Assembly: GCA_963797095.1 (NCBI GenBank)
Contig: CAWCNY010000003.1
Location: 1,056,001 to 1,120,000, forward strand
Length of the DNA: 64,000 bases
Source of the DNA: an uncultured Chloroflexia bacterium
GTDB taxonomy: Bacteria; Chloroflexota; Chloroflexia; QHBQ01; JADMIH01
Reading direction: 5' to 3'
The position numbers and the translations under genes are program-made. The notes beneath the pieces were generated by a model that had not been told where the DNA came from, ran no database searches, and saw nothing but the letters and a program-made list of their open reading frames with translations. The stretch's first letter is position 1; every line of letters begins with the position of its first letter. This document shows positions 9,479 to 19,649 of the stretch, piece by piece.

Positions 9479-11033
9479 CATTCCCTCCCGCCACAAGCAT
9501 TGCCAGCAGTACCCAGGTGAACCCCAGCCAACTACCATCGGTCACCTGATACGCTGCCATCAAGCCCACGCCCGCACTTAAGAGGCCGAACGTCAGGTAG
9601 GACTGGGTGCCCCATTGGCCTGTCGGGTAGCGTATGGCCTTGAAAGCTCTCCACCCTGCTGCCAATGCCGCCGTCGCCAGCAGGATAAGGCCAACGATGC
9701 CCGTATCGAAGAGCGCGTGCAACTCTATGTTGGCGATCCAGGAGCCTCCTTCGGGCGGTGGTGGATACACCAGGGGGAAGGCCCCCGCTCCCCACCCCAA
9801 TAGAGGCCGTTTCAGCCACCCATCGAACGCATCGGTGAACACCCGCAACCTTCCCGCCAGCGATGGCGCTTGACCTGGGTCCCCCAGCACCTCCTCGATG
9901 CGATTGGCGGCTGCCGAGCTTTGCCCCACCGGCTCGGGCGTGGCGGTTGGCGATGCGGCCCCGCCCGTGGTGGTAGGGCGCGCGCCGGGGGTCGGTTTTG
10001 CCTGCGTTCCGGCTGTTGTTTTGCTGCCGAACAGGTTCTCGCGCACCATATCGTCGATCTGCGCTGGCGTGAGGTCCCAGGGTCTGCCCATCTGCCATTG
10101 GGGAGCGGGCAGCGACAGCCCCACCCCCAGCCCGACAGCCCCGCCCACCAGCGAAGGCAACAGCATACTGGCGGCGATAACGCGTGCCCCGGCCAGCCGC
10201 AGCCTCCATGCAACGATTGCCATCAGCGCGATAAGCGGCGGGCCGATCAGCCATACGGTGCGCGTCATGCTCAACATCACCCCGCACATCCCCAGCCCCA
10301 CCGCTACATAAAGCACCGGGAGCGGCAGGCGATTGATATCATAGGTTGCCCCACCCCTCAACCGGATCAGCACCAGAATGGAGGCAAGCGTGCATTCCGC
10401 CAGTGCAAAACTGCCGAAGATATTCGGCTCCCACAACAGACTTTGCACCTTCGGAGTGACCACGAAAATATCGTTGTTGTAGAACCTCTCCAAGAGAATC
10501 CCGAAGTTAGGGCCTATCAACTGGAACAGGAACGCACTCAGCAGCCCCAGCAGCGCGATTGCGGCCCCCGCCCCCACAAACGTCACTACAGCCCATTCCA
10601 GCGCTGCCCCCGGCCTGATCAGCAGGCGAGCCGCCACGTAGATCGCCATCAAACCGGCCAGTATCGCCACGTACTTGAGACTATCTTTGGTGTCGGGCGA
10701 GAACAAGAGTGACGATACCAGGTTGACCGCCAGCCACACGCCCAGGCATATATCCACCAGGCCGACCAGGCGTAGCGCGCTTCTCCCCTGCCTCAGCAGC
10801 GCCAGCGCCGCCGCCACGCCCCCGATAATGAATTCGAGCCGCAGGTTGAACCCGCCCACCGGCACGCCGAGCCTGTCGGTCGCTACCCCCAGCACAAGGA
10901 GGGCGATCCATACGGCGGTGGCTCTGTCCAGCGCGGCTCCGCGCCCCGTAGCGACATCCGGCTCTGCCGTTGCGGTTGCCCGCCTTCCGGCCGTCACCTG
11001 CGCATCGTCAATAGTGCGAGTGGTAGTGCTCAC
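9462..11033 (-). CDS. O-antigen ligase/polymerase-like (Wzy_C) membrane protein
   Basis: EPNIFG, TRTVW, RPLLGWGAGAF, DTGIVG motifs; GTG 11033 overlaps upstream TGA. Confidence 0.75.
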   Translation of the reverse strand: MSTTTRTIDDAQVTAGRRATATAEPDVATGRGAALDRATAVWIALLVLGVATDRLGVPVGGFNLRLEFIIGGVAAALALLRQGRSALRLVGLVDICLGVWLAVNLVSSLLFSPDTKDSLKYVAILAGLMAIYVAARLLIRPGAALEWAVVTFVGAGAAIALLGLLSAFLFQLIGPNFGILLERFYNNDIFVVTPKVQSLLWEPNIFGSFALAECTLASILVLIRLRGGATYDINRLPLPVLYVAVGLGMCGVMLSMTRTVWLIGPPLIALMAIVAWRLRLAGARVIAASMLLPSLVGGAVGLGVGLSLPAPQWQMGRPWDLTPAQIDDMVRENLFGSKTTAGTQAKPTPGARPTTTGGAASPTATPEPVGQSSAAANRIEEVLGDPGQAPSLAGRLRVFTDAFDGWLKRPLLGWGAGAFPLVYPPPPEGGSWIANIELHALFDTGIVGLILLATAALAAGWRAFKAIRYPTGQWGTQSYLTFGLLSAGVGLMAAYQVTDGSWLGFTWVLLAMLVAGGNVASDE

Positions 11034-12466
11034 CTTTGAAGTGTAGGGTCTCGGTTGGTGGCTGTCAAGCGCCACAGCGCGGCCACCAGCGCCAGCATGG
11101 CCCAGAAGAGCACGCCCGGCTTGGATACCATCACCACCGTATCGAACAATCCGTGTACGAACGATGCCAGCAAGGCGGCGGCGATGCCCGCCACCAGCGC
11201 CGCCTCCACACCCACCAGGCCCACACCTCCCTCCTTCCTCCACAACCGGGTCAGCATCAAAGCAGCCGCCAGCCACACCGCCAGGTAGCCCCCCAGCCCC
11301 GGCAACCCCAGGTCGAGCGCGGCCTGCAAAAGCTGGTTGTGCGCGTGGCCTATATCATACGTGTTCGGCACCGAGGGCGCGGGATAGCGCGTCGGTAGTA
11401 GCTCACGAAAAGCGTCCAGCCCGATCCCCGTGATAGGGTAGTCGCGGATGCCGTGAAGGGCGCTCTGCCACACATCCCGCCGCACCGCGAAATTGTCATC
11501 GACTGTTATAGACCCTGTGGTGTCTATCTTCTGTGTCGGGTCCGAGTCCCACCATTCCACCAGCACCGCCCCCAGCAACACCACCCCGATCACCCCCGCC
11601 ACTGCCACCGCCGGGCGGGTGCGGGGCCAGCGCAGCCACGCCAGCAGACCTATCCCCGCCGCCAACCCCACCAGCGCCCCCCTCGACTGCGTAAGCGCCA
11701 GCGTACCCCCGGTCAGGGTGAGCATGACAACCTGCACTCTGCGATCTCGCAGGGCGGCCCGCAGCCGGTTCGACCGACCTTGCTCCTCGTTCCTGGCAAG
11801 CAGCAGGGCAAGCAATGGCATCACCACCCACAGCAGCGCGCCAGCCACAATATTGGGTTGGAATCCAGTGTTGTTCCTGGCAAGCCCCTGCGCGACCTGC
11901 GGGAACCATTGGGCGATGTCGCTGAGCACCGGCAACCTGTACTGCCAGGCCGTGCCGAGCAACGCCACCACCGCCATCAGACTGCCCGCCGCCAGGTACG
12001 CCAGGGTCGCCACCTCCAACCGCCCGCCCCTATCCACCCACGCCACCACCGCGTAGTACAAAGCGACGCTGTACACCAGGAACTCCGCCCTGCCCACGCT
12101 CCAATCCATGTCGGGCGATACGAGCATCCCCACCAGGATCATGGCACACATGATCGCCAGCGGCCAATCGAGCGGGGTGCGCGGCAAAAAGAACCCCAGC
12201 GCCAGCCTGCGCCACTCCCACAGCAGCAGGATGACCGCCACCCCCGCCACCGTAAACACCGATGGAAAGAGAAAGAGCGGGCTGAGGACTATGAGGATAG
12301 GCACTTCGACTGTGCGGACGATGCGGCCCCGCTCCGCAAGCGGAGCCTTGGCCCCCGCGCCCACCGTCAAGGCTGGCCGCCACCGCCCTACGCTGGCCCT
12401 CGCGACCGCATATGCCGCCGCGATCACCATAAGCGCGACCAGGATACCTACCAGCCACTCGATCAT
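11030..12466 (-). CDS. O-antigen ligase-like (Wzy_C) membrane protein
   Basis: PNIVAG, TQSRGA, YPITGIGL, HAHNQLLQAALDLGLPG motifs. Confidence 0.85.
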   Translation of the reverse strand: MIEWLVGILVALMVIAAAYAVARASVGRWRPALTVGAGAKAPLAERGRIVRTVEVPILIVLSPLFLFPSVFTVAGVAVILLLWEWRRLALGFFLPRTPLDWPLAIMCAMILVGMLVSPDMDWSVGRAEFLVYSVALYYAVVAWVDRGGRLEVATLAYLAAGSLMAVVALLGTAWQYRLPVLSDIAQWFPQVAQGLARNNTGFQPNIVAGALLWVVMPLLALLLARNEEQGRSNRLRAALRDRRVQVVMLTLTGGTLALTQSRGALVGLAAGIGLLAWLRWPRTRPAVAVAGVIGVVLLGAVLVEWWDSDPTQKIDTTGSITVDDNFAVRRDVWQSALHGIRDYPITGIGLDAFRELLPTRYPAPSVPNTYDIGHAHNQLLQAALDLGLPGLGGYLAVWLAAALMLTRLWRKEGGVGLVGVEAALVAGIAAALLASFVHGLFDTVVMVSKPGVLFWAMLALVAALWRLTATNRDPTLQR

Positions 12467-12471
12467 GTTGC

Positions 12472-13671
12472 TTACCGGCCCCTGGCCTCTACCAGCCTGT
12501 AGAAAAGCCTCAGGTAGTCTTCCGTGATCGAGTCCCATGAGTAATGCGCGCGTGCATAGGCGCTCGCTCGCGCCCTGTAATCCTCAACCATCGCCGGGTT
12601 ATCGATCAGCCCCTGGAGCACCGCGCGCAGCCCTTCCGCGCCCGCTTTCCCCCTGTACATCAGCCCCGCGTTGCCCAAAGTTTCCTTATTCTCCGGCGTA
12701 TCGTAGGCCACCACGCAGTTGCCCGACGCCATCGCCTCCAGCAAAGCGGGGTGCGTGCCGCTGGCCGACGACGTGCCAGCGAACAGATAAGCGTTGCTCA
12801 ATATCTCGCGGTAGCCGTCCCCGTGTATATAGCCCGTGAAGATCGTATCGTCGTCGGCGAGCGATTTGATCCTCGCTATGTAATCGCTCGCGTAAGAGGA
12901 GTCCCCCATGATCGCGAGTTTCATCCCGCTCGCACCGGTCAGCCCCTGGAAGGCCGGTATCAGGTGATCCAGGTGGTTCTCCGGCACGATCCGCCCCACG
13001 AACAGCACGTATTTGCGAGGCTCCAACCCCCAGCGGTGCAGATGCTCGCCGGGCGGCAGCGGCTCCACGTCCGACCCGTAGGCGATATAGTGGACCCGCG
13101 CCCCGTACCGCTCCCTGTAGAACCGTTGCACCACCCTGGAGTTTGTCAGGGTGGCCGTGGGCAGCATCGTGGACAGTCGTTCCGCCATCCGGATGTACAT
13201 CTTCGCGAAGCCGGGCCACTTCTCCCGCTTCCAATCGAGGCCGTCCACGTTCAGCACCGTGCGTTTGCCCGCCAGCCTCGGTATCCATGTCACCGGGCTG
13301 TTCCCCGCGATAAAATACAGGCACACGTCGTAGGGCCGGAACATCGCGTCCAGCGAGCAAAGCGCGGTGTGCACCAGCGTATCCAGGTACTTGTTCTCGA
13401 TTGTAGGCACCGAGATCAACCTTATACCCCGGTACTCCTTCAAGCCGGGGTCAACGAAATGCTTCCGGCAGTACACCGTCACGCAATGCCCCTGCTCCAC
13501 AAGCCTCGACCCCATCTGTTCGGCGCACCTCTCGAAACCGCCGTATACGCTGGGCACACCGCGCGTGCCCAGCATCGCTATACGTAAGCGACGCCGGTTC
13601 TTAATCGTGGGGGTCCTGGTTTGCGAAGGGTGGACGAGGGAGGTCGTCGTTTCTTGCGGTTTGTTTTTCAT
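12472..13671 (-). CDS. Glycosyltransferase family 4 (DUF1972 N-terminus)
   Basis: GTRGVPSVYGGFE, NVDGLDWKREKW, VGRIVPEN, LLEAMASG. Confidence 0.9.
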   Translation of the reverse strand: MKNKPQETTTSLVHPSQTRTPTIKNRRRLRIAMLGTRGVPSVYGGFERCAEQMGSRLVEQGHCVTVYCRKHFVDPGLKEYRGIRLISVPTIENKYLDTLVHTALCSLDAMFRPYDVCLYFIAGNSPVTWIPRLAGKRTVLNVDGLDWKREKWPGFAKMYIRMAERLSTMLPTATLTNSRVVQRFYRERYGARVHYIAYGSDVEPLPPGEHLHRWGLEPRKYVLFVGRIVPENHLDHLIPAFQGLTGASGMKLAIMGDSSYASDYIARIKSLADDDTIFTGYIHGDGYREILSNAYLFAGTSSASGTHPALLEAMASGNCVVAYDTPENKETLGNAGLMYRGKAGAEGLRAVLQGLIDNPAMVEDYRARASAYARAHYSWDSITEDYLRLFYRLVEARGR

Positions 13672-13726
13672 GATCTATTGGTCAGCCTGTATAGGAGCTT
13701 CATTGTCTTCAATTATAATGGACGGC

Positions 13727-14668
13727 ATGAAACTTCTCACCGCCGTGGAAACAGCCAGCCTGCTCCCTTATAACGGCATGGCCCGCGCCCTGGCCGGTGT
13801 CATGCGCGACCGCGCCGCCGGGCGCGCCAATGCGCCTGCCCGCATGTCTGTTCCGCTGGCAAACGAAGGCGTGCTCCTCCTTATGCCAGCCGCCGACGAG
13901 CACCTTGCGATCACCAAGCTGGTGACTGTGCACACGGCCAACAGCCTTGCCGCAACAGGAACCATTTTACCCGTAGTGCAGGCCGAGGTGCTGGTGATGG
14001 ACGCCGCCACGGGCAGGCGGCTTGCCATCCTCAACGGCGAAGTGGTCACAGGGCGGCGCACCTCCGCCCTCTCGCTCCTGGCGGCCCAAAAGCTGGCCCC
14101 CAATCCCTCAGGCCCCTTGCTGGTGGCAGGCGCTGGCACTCAGGCTCGCTATCACATCGAGGCTTTCGTGGAAGGTCTGGAAGTCCGCGAAATCTACATC
14201 CATTCGCGCACCCGCCAGCGCGCCGAGCAACTGGCCTCTTACGCCCGCTCGCTGCCGGATGGCGTCACGGCCTCCGTGGTTTCAAACCCGCTCCAGGTGC
14301 TTGACCGTGCCACCCTCATAGTCACCGCCACCACCGCCACAGCCCCAGTAATCCCTGGTGAGGGCACCACCATACGCGACGATGCCTTCGTAGCAGCCGT
14401 CGGCGCGTTCACTCCGCAGATGGCCGAGCTTCCAGCATCTCTCATCAACCGCTCACAGGTATACGTTGATACCCTTGACGGCACAAAGGCAGGCGCGGGC
14501 GACCTCATCCTGGCGCGTGTAGATTGGTCCCGCGTAATAGAATTACAGGATGCTCTCGAAGGCCCGAAACCAACCGGCGGCCCCGTAATCTTCAAGAGCG
14601 TGGGCCACGCCCTCTGGGACCTGGCTGCCGCCCGCCTTGCCTGCCATGAGTTGTACGAAACCTCATAA
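13727..14668 (+). CDS. Ornithine cyclodeaminase/mu-crystallin family (pyrroline-2-carboxylate reductase-like)
   Basis: TGRRTSA, GAGTQA, VGAFTPQMAE, FKSVGHALWDLAAA; TATAAT 7 nt upstream of ATG. Confidence 0.85.
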   Translation: MKLLTAVETASLLPYNGMARALAGVMRDRAAGRANAPARMSVPLANEGVLLLMPAADEHLAITKLVTVHTANSLAATGTILPVVQAEVLVMDAATGRRLAILNGEVVTGRRTSALSLLAAQKLAPNPSGPLLVAGAGTQARYHIEAFVEGLEVREIYIHSRTRQRAEQLASYARSLPDGVTASVVSNPLQVLDRATLIVTATTATAPVIPGEGTTIRDDAFVAAVGAFTPQMAELPASLINRSQVYVDTLDGTKAGAGDLILARVDWSRVIELQDALEGPKPTGGPVIFKSVGHALWDLAAARLACHELYETS

Positions 14669-15419
14669 GCCAAGCATCTCGCACAGCCTGTCGGCGTTAT
14701 AGATCGCGTGGCAGCCGGGGTCATTGTTGAAATACACGTACACGTCGCACCCTTCGCTTGAATACTCCTTTATGCGGTCTGCCCAATATCGCAGCTCGCC
14801 TTCGCTGAGGCCGACGCCGTGCATCCCGCCATGCACCCTGATATAGCCATGCACCCTGATATAGCGGAAAGGTCCGGCGTCCGGCACCTCCTCCGGCGTG
14901 TGGTGCCCGCCAACGGCCCGCACCAGCGCGCACCCCTTCTCATCAAGCAAATCAAGTATCTCCCAAATCAAGTATCTCCGGCGAGTACCACGAATCGTCG
15001 CGGAACTCAATTGCTGCCCGCACCTCACCGGGTAGCACCGAAAGAAAGTCGCGCAGCCGCTCTTTGTCCGCCTTCATCCCAGGCGGCAACTGAAATAGCA
15101 CAGGTCCCCGGTGCTTCCCCAACCCCGCTGCCGCCTTCAGCAGCCTATCCAGCGGCTCCTCTGGCGAGCGCAGCCGCTTTAAGTGCGTCAGGTATCTGCT
15201 GGCCTTCACCGCGAACACAAAATCGGGCCTGAAACGTACCTCATCTGCCCAGGCCTTGAAGTTCGCCCGTGTAGGGAGCCTGTAAAAACTCCGGTTGATC
15301 TCGACCGTGGGATAGCGCCGCGCAAAGTACCCCAGCCACTCATCCCCCTTGAGGTCGCACGGCTAAAAGCACCCCGACCAGTGCTTGTAAACCCATCCCG
15401 AAGTTCCAATCAGGATCAA
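14663..15419 (-). pseudogene. DUF72 family pseudogene
   Basis: IGTSGWVYKHW, VEINRSFY, FAVKASRYLTH, FQLPP, YIRVHG, YFNND motifs; TAG at 15363-15365, 16-bp tandem duplication frameshift at 14948-14979, 18-bp duplication at 14828-14863. Confidence 0.88.
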
Positions 15420-15450
15420 CGCAAAGCCCCCTTTGCGTATAATACGGACG

Positions 15451-15566
15451 AGTAGTCGGTAGTCGGTAGTCGGAGGACAATGGACCGAGGCAACCAGGAA
15501 CCAGGAACCAGGAACCAGGAACCAGGAACCAGGAACCAGGAACCAGGAACTCGGAACTCGGAACTC
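15451..15566. repeat. Heptamer tandem array
   Basis: RGTAGTC x3, GCAACCA, (GGAACCA)x7, (GGAACTC)x3. Confidence 0.9.
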
Positions 15567-15586
15567 CCCAACAAGAGGCACAAACT

Positions 15587-16996
15587 ATGCCATCAATCCC
15601 CACCGGCGATATTGAACAATTCGATGCCATAGTGATCGGCGCGGGGCAGAGCGGCGGACCGCTTGCTTCTGCTATGGCGCGTGCGGGACGCCGCACCGCC
15701 ATCATCGAGCGCGATTCCGTGGGCGGAACCTGCATCAACTACGGTTGCACCCCCACCAAAACTATGGTCGCCAGCGCCCGCGTTGCCTACATGGCTCGCC
15801 GTGCCTCCGATTACGGGGTGCACACGGGCCGGGTGTCGGTCGATATGGAGAAGGTGCGCGCCCGCAAGCGCGACATGGTCGAGAGCTTCCGCGCCTCCAC
15901 CGAGCGCCGCATCGTATCCACCCCTGGCCTTGAGCTGATCTACGGTGAGGCCTCCTTCACCGGTCCCAAAACATTGCAGATAGCGCTCAAAGATGGCGGC
16001 GCGCGCCGGATGCGTGCCGACCTGATCTTCATCAACACCGGGGCCACCCCCGCGGTTCCCCCGCTGCCTGGCCTCGAAACTGTGCCCTACTTGAACTCCA
16101 CCACGATTATGGAGCTTGACATAATCCCTCGCCACCTGATCGTGCTCGGTGGCGGCTATACCGGCCTGGAGTTCGGCCAGATGTTCAGGCGCTTCGGCAG
16201 CCGCGTCACCATCATACAGCGAAGCGACCGCCTGATCGGGCGCGAGGACAAGGACGTAACCGGCGCGGTGGCCCAGATCCTCCAGGAGGACGGCATTGAC
16301 ATCCTGCTTAACACATCCGCCGTGCGCGTCACCCCCTATGGAAATAGCCGTCTCAGGGTGACAGTGCAAACGAAGGGAGAGAAGGCGCGCGGCATCACCG
16401 GCACCCACCTGCTGGTAGCCACCGGGCGCGCCCCCAACTCAGGCAGGCTCAACCTGCCGCTGGCCGAGGTCGAAACCGACTCGCAAGGCCATATCCCCGT
16501 GAACGAAAAGCTGGAAACCAACGTGCCCGGCATCTACGCTTTGGGCGACGTGAACGGCGGGCCTGAGTTCACCCATATCTCATACGACGATTATCGCATC
16601 CTACGTACCAACCTCCTCAAGGGGGGCAACGCCAGCACCAAAGACCGCCTGGTCCCCTACACCGTCTTTATAGACCCGCAACTTGGCAGGGTTGGCCTCA
16701 GCGAGGACGAAGCCCGCCGCCAGGGCCTCAAGGTGCGCGTAGCCAAAATGCCGATGGACTACGTGGCCCGCGCCGTCGAAGTAGGCGAAGATCGCGGCTT
16801 CATGAAGGCCATCGTGGACGCCGATTCAGACCGCATCCTCGGCTGCGCGGTGCTCGGCATGGAGGGCGGCGAGCTGATGGCGATGCTTGAGATAGCCATC
16901 CTGGGCAAGATCCCCTACACCGTCCTGAAAGAAGCCATCTTCGCCCATCCCACCCTCGCCGAGTCTCTCAACAATCTGTTCGGGTCCTTCCAGTAA
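15587..16996 (+). CDS. Flavoprotein disulfide reductase, RclA/YkgC-like
   Basis: GAGQSG, redox CINYGC, GGGYTG, C-terminal HPTLAE; no C-terminal Cys pair, so not true MerA. Confidence 0.85.
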   Translation: MPSIPTGDIEQFDAIVIGAGQSGGPLASAMARAGRRTAIIERDSVGGTCINYGCTPTKTMVASARVAYMARRASDYGVHTGRVSVDMEKVRARKRDMVESFRASTERRIVSTPGLELIYGEASFTGPKTLQIALKDGGARRMRADLIFINTGATPAVPPLPGLETVPYLNSTTIMELDIIPRHLIVLGGGYTGLEFGQMFRRFGSRVTIIQRSDRLIGREDKDVTGAVAQILQEDGIDILLNTSAVRVTPYGNSRLRVTVQTKGEKARGITGTHLLVATGRAPNSGRLNLPLAEVETDSQGHIPVNEKLETNVPGIYALGDVNGGPEFTHISYDDYRILRTNLLKGGNASTKDRLVPYTVFIDPQLGRVGLSEDEARRQGLKVRVAKMPMDYVARAVEVGEDRGFMKAIVDADSDRILGCAVLGMEGGELMAMLEIAILGKIPYTVLKEAIFAHPTLAESLNNLFGSFQ

Positions 16997-17847
16997 TGAT
17001 CGTCCTTTCCCATTACGAGGTGCGGCCTCTTCTGGACGATAGACAAAAGGCCCTGGACTATGGGCAGGCGGCGATTTCGCCCGACCTGGGCCTCTCCACA
17101 GTTTCGGTGAGCCTGGATACCGTAGGCATCACCTTCCCCACAGGCGAGACCCTTAGCTGGCACGCTCTCGATGAGATCGCCCGCTCCCATACCAAGTGCT
17201 TCTCCCTCGATAAAGATGGCGCTACCGAGATCCGCGTCTTTTCGGATGTTACGGGCCGCGTTTGCAGCCTCTACCCCACCGGGGGTGCGCCTACGATGGT
17301 GATCGGCGGCTTCCCCATGCACAGGATCAAGGGCACCGACCCCCACCGCGACACCCTCGAAAAAGTGCAGGCCATAGCCCCAATAGTTGGGCGCTTGCTC
17401 GATACCACCACCGGTCTCGGCTACACCGCCATCGAAGCCGCCCGCACCCCCACCTCCCAGGCCGTAACCACCGTAGAATTAGACCCCGCCTCCCTCGAGG
17501 TGGCCAGCCAAAACCCCTGGTCCCAGGAGCTTTTCGCCAACCCCAAGATCAACCAGCTTGTGGGCGATAGCTATGACCTGATCCGCACCTTCCCCGACAA
17601 CTCTTTCGCCCGCATAATCCACGACCCGCCCACCTTCAGCCTGGCTGGCGACCTCTATTCGGGCGAGTTCTACCGCCAGTGCTATCGCGTGCTGGCGAGC
17701 GGTGGCCGCCTCTTCCACTACATAGGCAACCTCGAAAGCGGCGCTGGCAATCAGATAAGCCGGGGCGCGATCCGCCGCCTCAAAGAGGCAGGCTTCGCCC
17801 GCGTAGTGCCCAGGCAGCAGGCCTTCGGGGTAGTAGCTTTCAAATAG
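16996..17847 (+). CDS. SAM-dependent methyltransferase, COG2521-like
   Basis: [35 protein letters not shown]; TAATG coupling to upstream gene. Confidence 0.78.
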   Translation: MIVLSHYEVRPLLDDRQKALDYGQAAISPDLGLSTVSVSLDTVGITFPTGETLSWHALDEIARSHTKCFSLDKDGATEIRVFSDVTGRVCSLYPTGGAPTMVIGGFPMHRIKGTDPHRDTLEKVQAIAPIVGRLLDTTTGLGYTAIEAARTPTSQAVTTVELDPASLEVASQNPWSQELFANPKINQLVGDSYDLIRTFPDNSFARIIHDPPTFSLAGDLYSGEFYRQCYRVLASGGRLFHYIGNLESGAGNQISRGAIRRLKEAGFARVVPRQQAFGVVAFK

Positions 17848-17992
17848 ATCTCCGGCATACGGAGGAACGAAAAAGCATGAAATACCCACAGACTAATTCT
17901 TGTTACCTTCGTGCCCTTCGACTTCCTCCGCTTCTTCGTGTACCGGTCCTGGAAGCTTGTTAGCCCAACTCCTATAGGTTATGCTTAAGCCC

Positions 17993-18931
17993 ATGAACAG
18001 AGAGCTAATGGACCTGATGGTCTACTCGCCTGAAGTGGCGGCGGCGCTCAATATGCACCGCCCGCCGGTGGCCCTCGAATCTACCGTGATCGCGCATGGC
18101 CTTCCTCACCCCCTCAACCTGGAAGTGGCCTACAACATGGAGGCGCGCATTCGTGATGGCGGAGCCGTCCCTGCCACCATCGCCATCCTCGACGGCAAAA
18201 TACACGTGGGCCTCACTCCCGACGAGCTTGAGCGCATCGGCACCGCCCACGATATCGCCAAAGCCAGCCTGCGCGACCTCCCCATCCTCCTTGCTCGCGG
18301 CGGCAACGGGGCCACCACCGTCTCCTCCACAGCCCACCTCGCCCACCTCGCCGGCATACGGGTCTTCGCCACAGGCGGCATCGGGGGTGTGCATCGCGGC
18401 TGGGAGAGCACCCTCGATATCTCAGCCGATCTCCCCGCTCTCGCCCACACCCCCGTCCTCACCATCTGCGCCGGGGCCAAATCTGTGCTCGACCTCCCCG
18501 CCACCCTCGAATGGCTAGAAACCCACGGCGTGCCCGTCCTCGGCTACGGCACCAATCACTTCCCCGCCTTCTACACCCGCTCCACCGACCCGCCTCTCCC
18601 CGTAGATGCCCGCGTGGACTCCCCATCCGAGGTCGCAGCGATCTACAAGATGCGCCTCCGCCTGGGGTTCGAGGGCGGCATTCTCCTCTGCCAGCCTTTG
18701 CCGGAGGAGGTTGCGCTGGACAACTCCCTTGTAGAGCGTGCCATTCGTTCCGCCCTCCAACAGGCCACCGAGCAGGCCATCAAAGGTCGCGCCGTCACCC
18801 CTTTCCTCCTGAGCGCCCTCTCCCGCGCCACCGAAGGCCGCTCCCTTCAAGCCAACCAGGCTCTTCTCGAAAATAACGCTTCCCTGGCCGCCCTCATAAG
18901 CGAGGCGGTCACCTCAACCCGCTATGTCTGA
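17993..18931 (+). CDS. psuG: Pseudouridine-5'-phosphate glycosidase
   Basis: VALESTVIAHG, GATTVS, FATGGIGGVHRG, DISADL, GAKSVLD, VTPFLL; TTGTTA-17-TATGCT-7-ATG leaderless start. Confidence 0.93.
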   Translation: MNRELMDLMVYSPEVAAALNMHRPPVALESTVIAHGLPHPLNLEVAYNMEARIRDGGAVPATIAILDGKIHVGLTPDELERIGTAHDIAKASLRDLPILLARGGNGATTVSSTAHLAHLAGIRVFATGGIGGVHRGWESTLDISADLPALAHTPVLTICAGAKSVLDLPATLEWLETHGVPVLGYGTNHFPAFYTRSTDPPLPVDARVDSPSEVAAIYKMRLRLGFEGGILLCQPLPEEVALDNSLVERAIRSALQQATEQAIKGRAVTPFLLSALSRATEGRSLQANQALLENNASLAALISEAVTSTRYV

Positions 18932-19649
18932 CAAGCGATCCGCACGCGAAGTGGTACAGGTGAGTGCCTCCAATTCACCTTCAGACCGGATTGCCGTCTA
19001 TCTAGAAATCGGCAAGAAGCGCACCCTGGCGGGCGCTCTCGACTGGCCCGGCTGGTGCCGGGGTGGGCGCGACGAGGAAACGGCTTTGCACACCCTCCTT
19101 GATTATGCCCCGCGCTATGAGCGTGTACTCCACGCCGCAGGGATCGCCTTCCACCCTCCACCGGATATTGCCGCCCTCACCGTGGCCGAGCGACTCGAAG
19201 GCAACACCACCACCGATTTTGGCGCGCCCAACGTCCCCCCTCTGGCCGATACCGCGCCTGTAGACGACGCCGAATTACAACGCTTGCAAAGACTTATGAA
19301 AGCGTGCTGGCAGGCGCTCGACGCCGCCTCGCAGGCTGCCTACGGCAAAGAGCTGCGCAAAGGGCCGCGAGGCGGAGGGCGCGACCTGTACGACATCGTC
19401 CGGCATGTGATGGATGCCGAGTCCGGCTACCTGGCGCGCCTCGGCGCGAAACTCTCCCCTCATGGATATAAGGACCACTCGGAGCAAAGGCGTGAGTTCA
19501 TTCTGGACGCCCTGGCTGCGGCGGCTCGCGGCGAGTTCCCCGCGCAGGGGCCGCGTGGGGGCGCTCGCTGGACCCTTCGCTGCTTCGTGCGCCGCGCCGC
19601 CTGGCACATACTCGACCACGCCTGGGAGATCGAGGACCGCATAATATGA
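18924..19649 (+). CDS. Hypothetical protein with HicB-like N-terminus and DinB-like C-terminus
   Basis: ALDWPGWCRGGRDEETAL; HVMDAESGY...RRAAWHILDHAWEIED His pattern; overlaps both neighbours. Confidence 0.65.
   Translation: MSDKRSAREVVQVSASNSPSDRIAVYLEIGKKRTLAGALDWPGWCRGGRDEETALHTLLDYAPRYERVLHAAGIAFHPPPDIAALTVAERLEGNTTTDFGAPNVPPLADTAPVDDAELQRLQRLMKACWQALDAASQAAYGKELRKGPRGGGRDLYDIVRHVMDAESGYLARLGAKLSPHGYKDHSEQRREFILDALAAAARGEFPAQGPRGGARWTLRCFVRRAAWHILDHAWEIEDRII

Noticed and set aside
15363-15365. In-frame TAG in DUF72 as pyrrolysine or read-through
   Set aside because: It replaces a conserved Tyr by a single base change, and the gene has an independent frameshift
15451-15566. Repeat arrays as CRISPR
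   Set aside because: Contiguous 7-mers without spacers; no cas genes in the window
15587-16996. Mercuric reductase MerA
   Set aside because: No C-terminal Cys pair, no N-terminal metal-binding domain and no mer genes nearby
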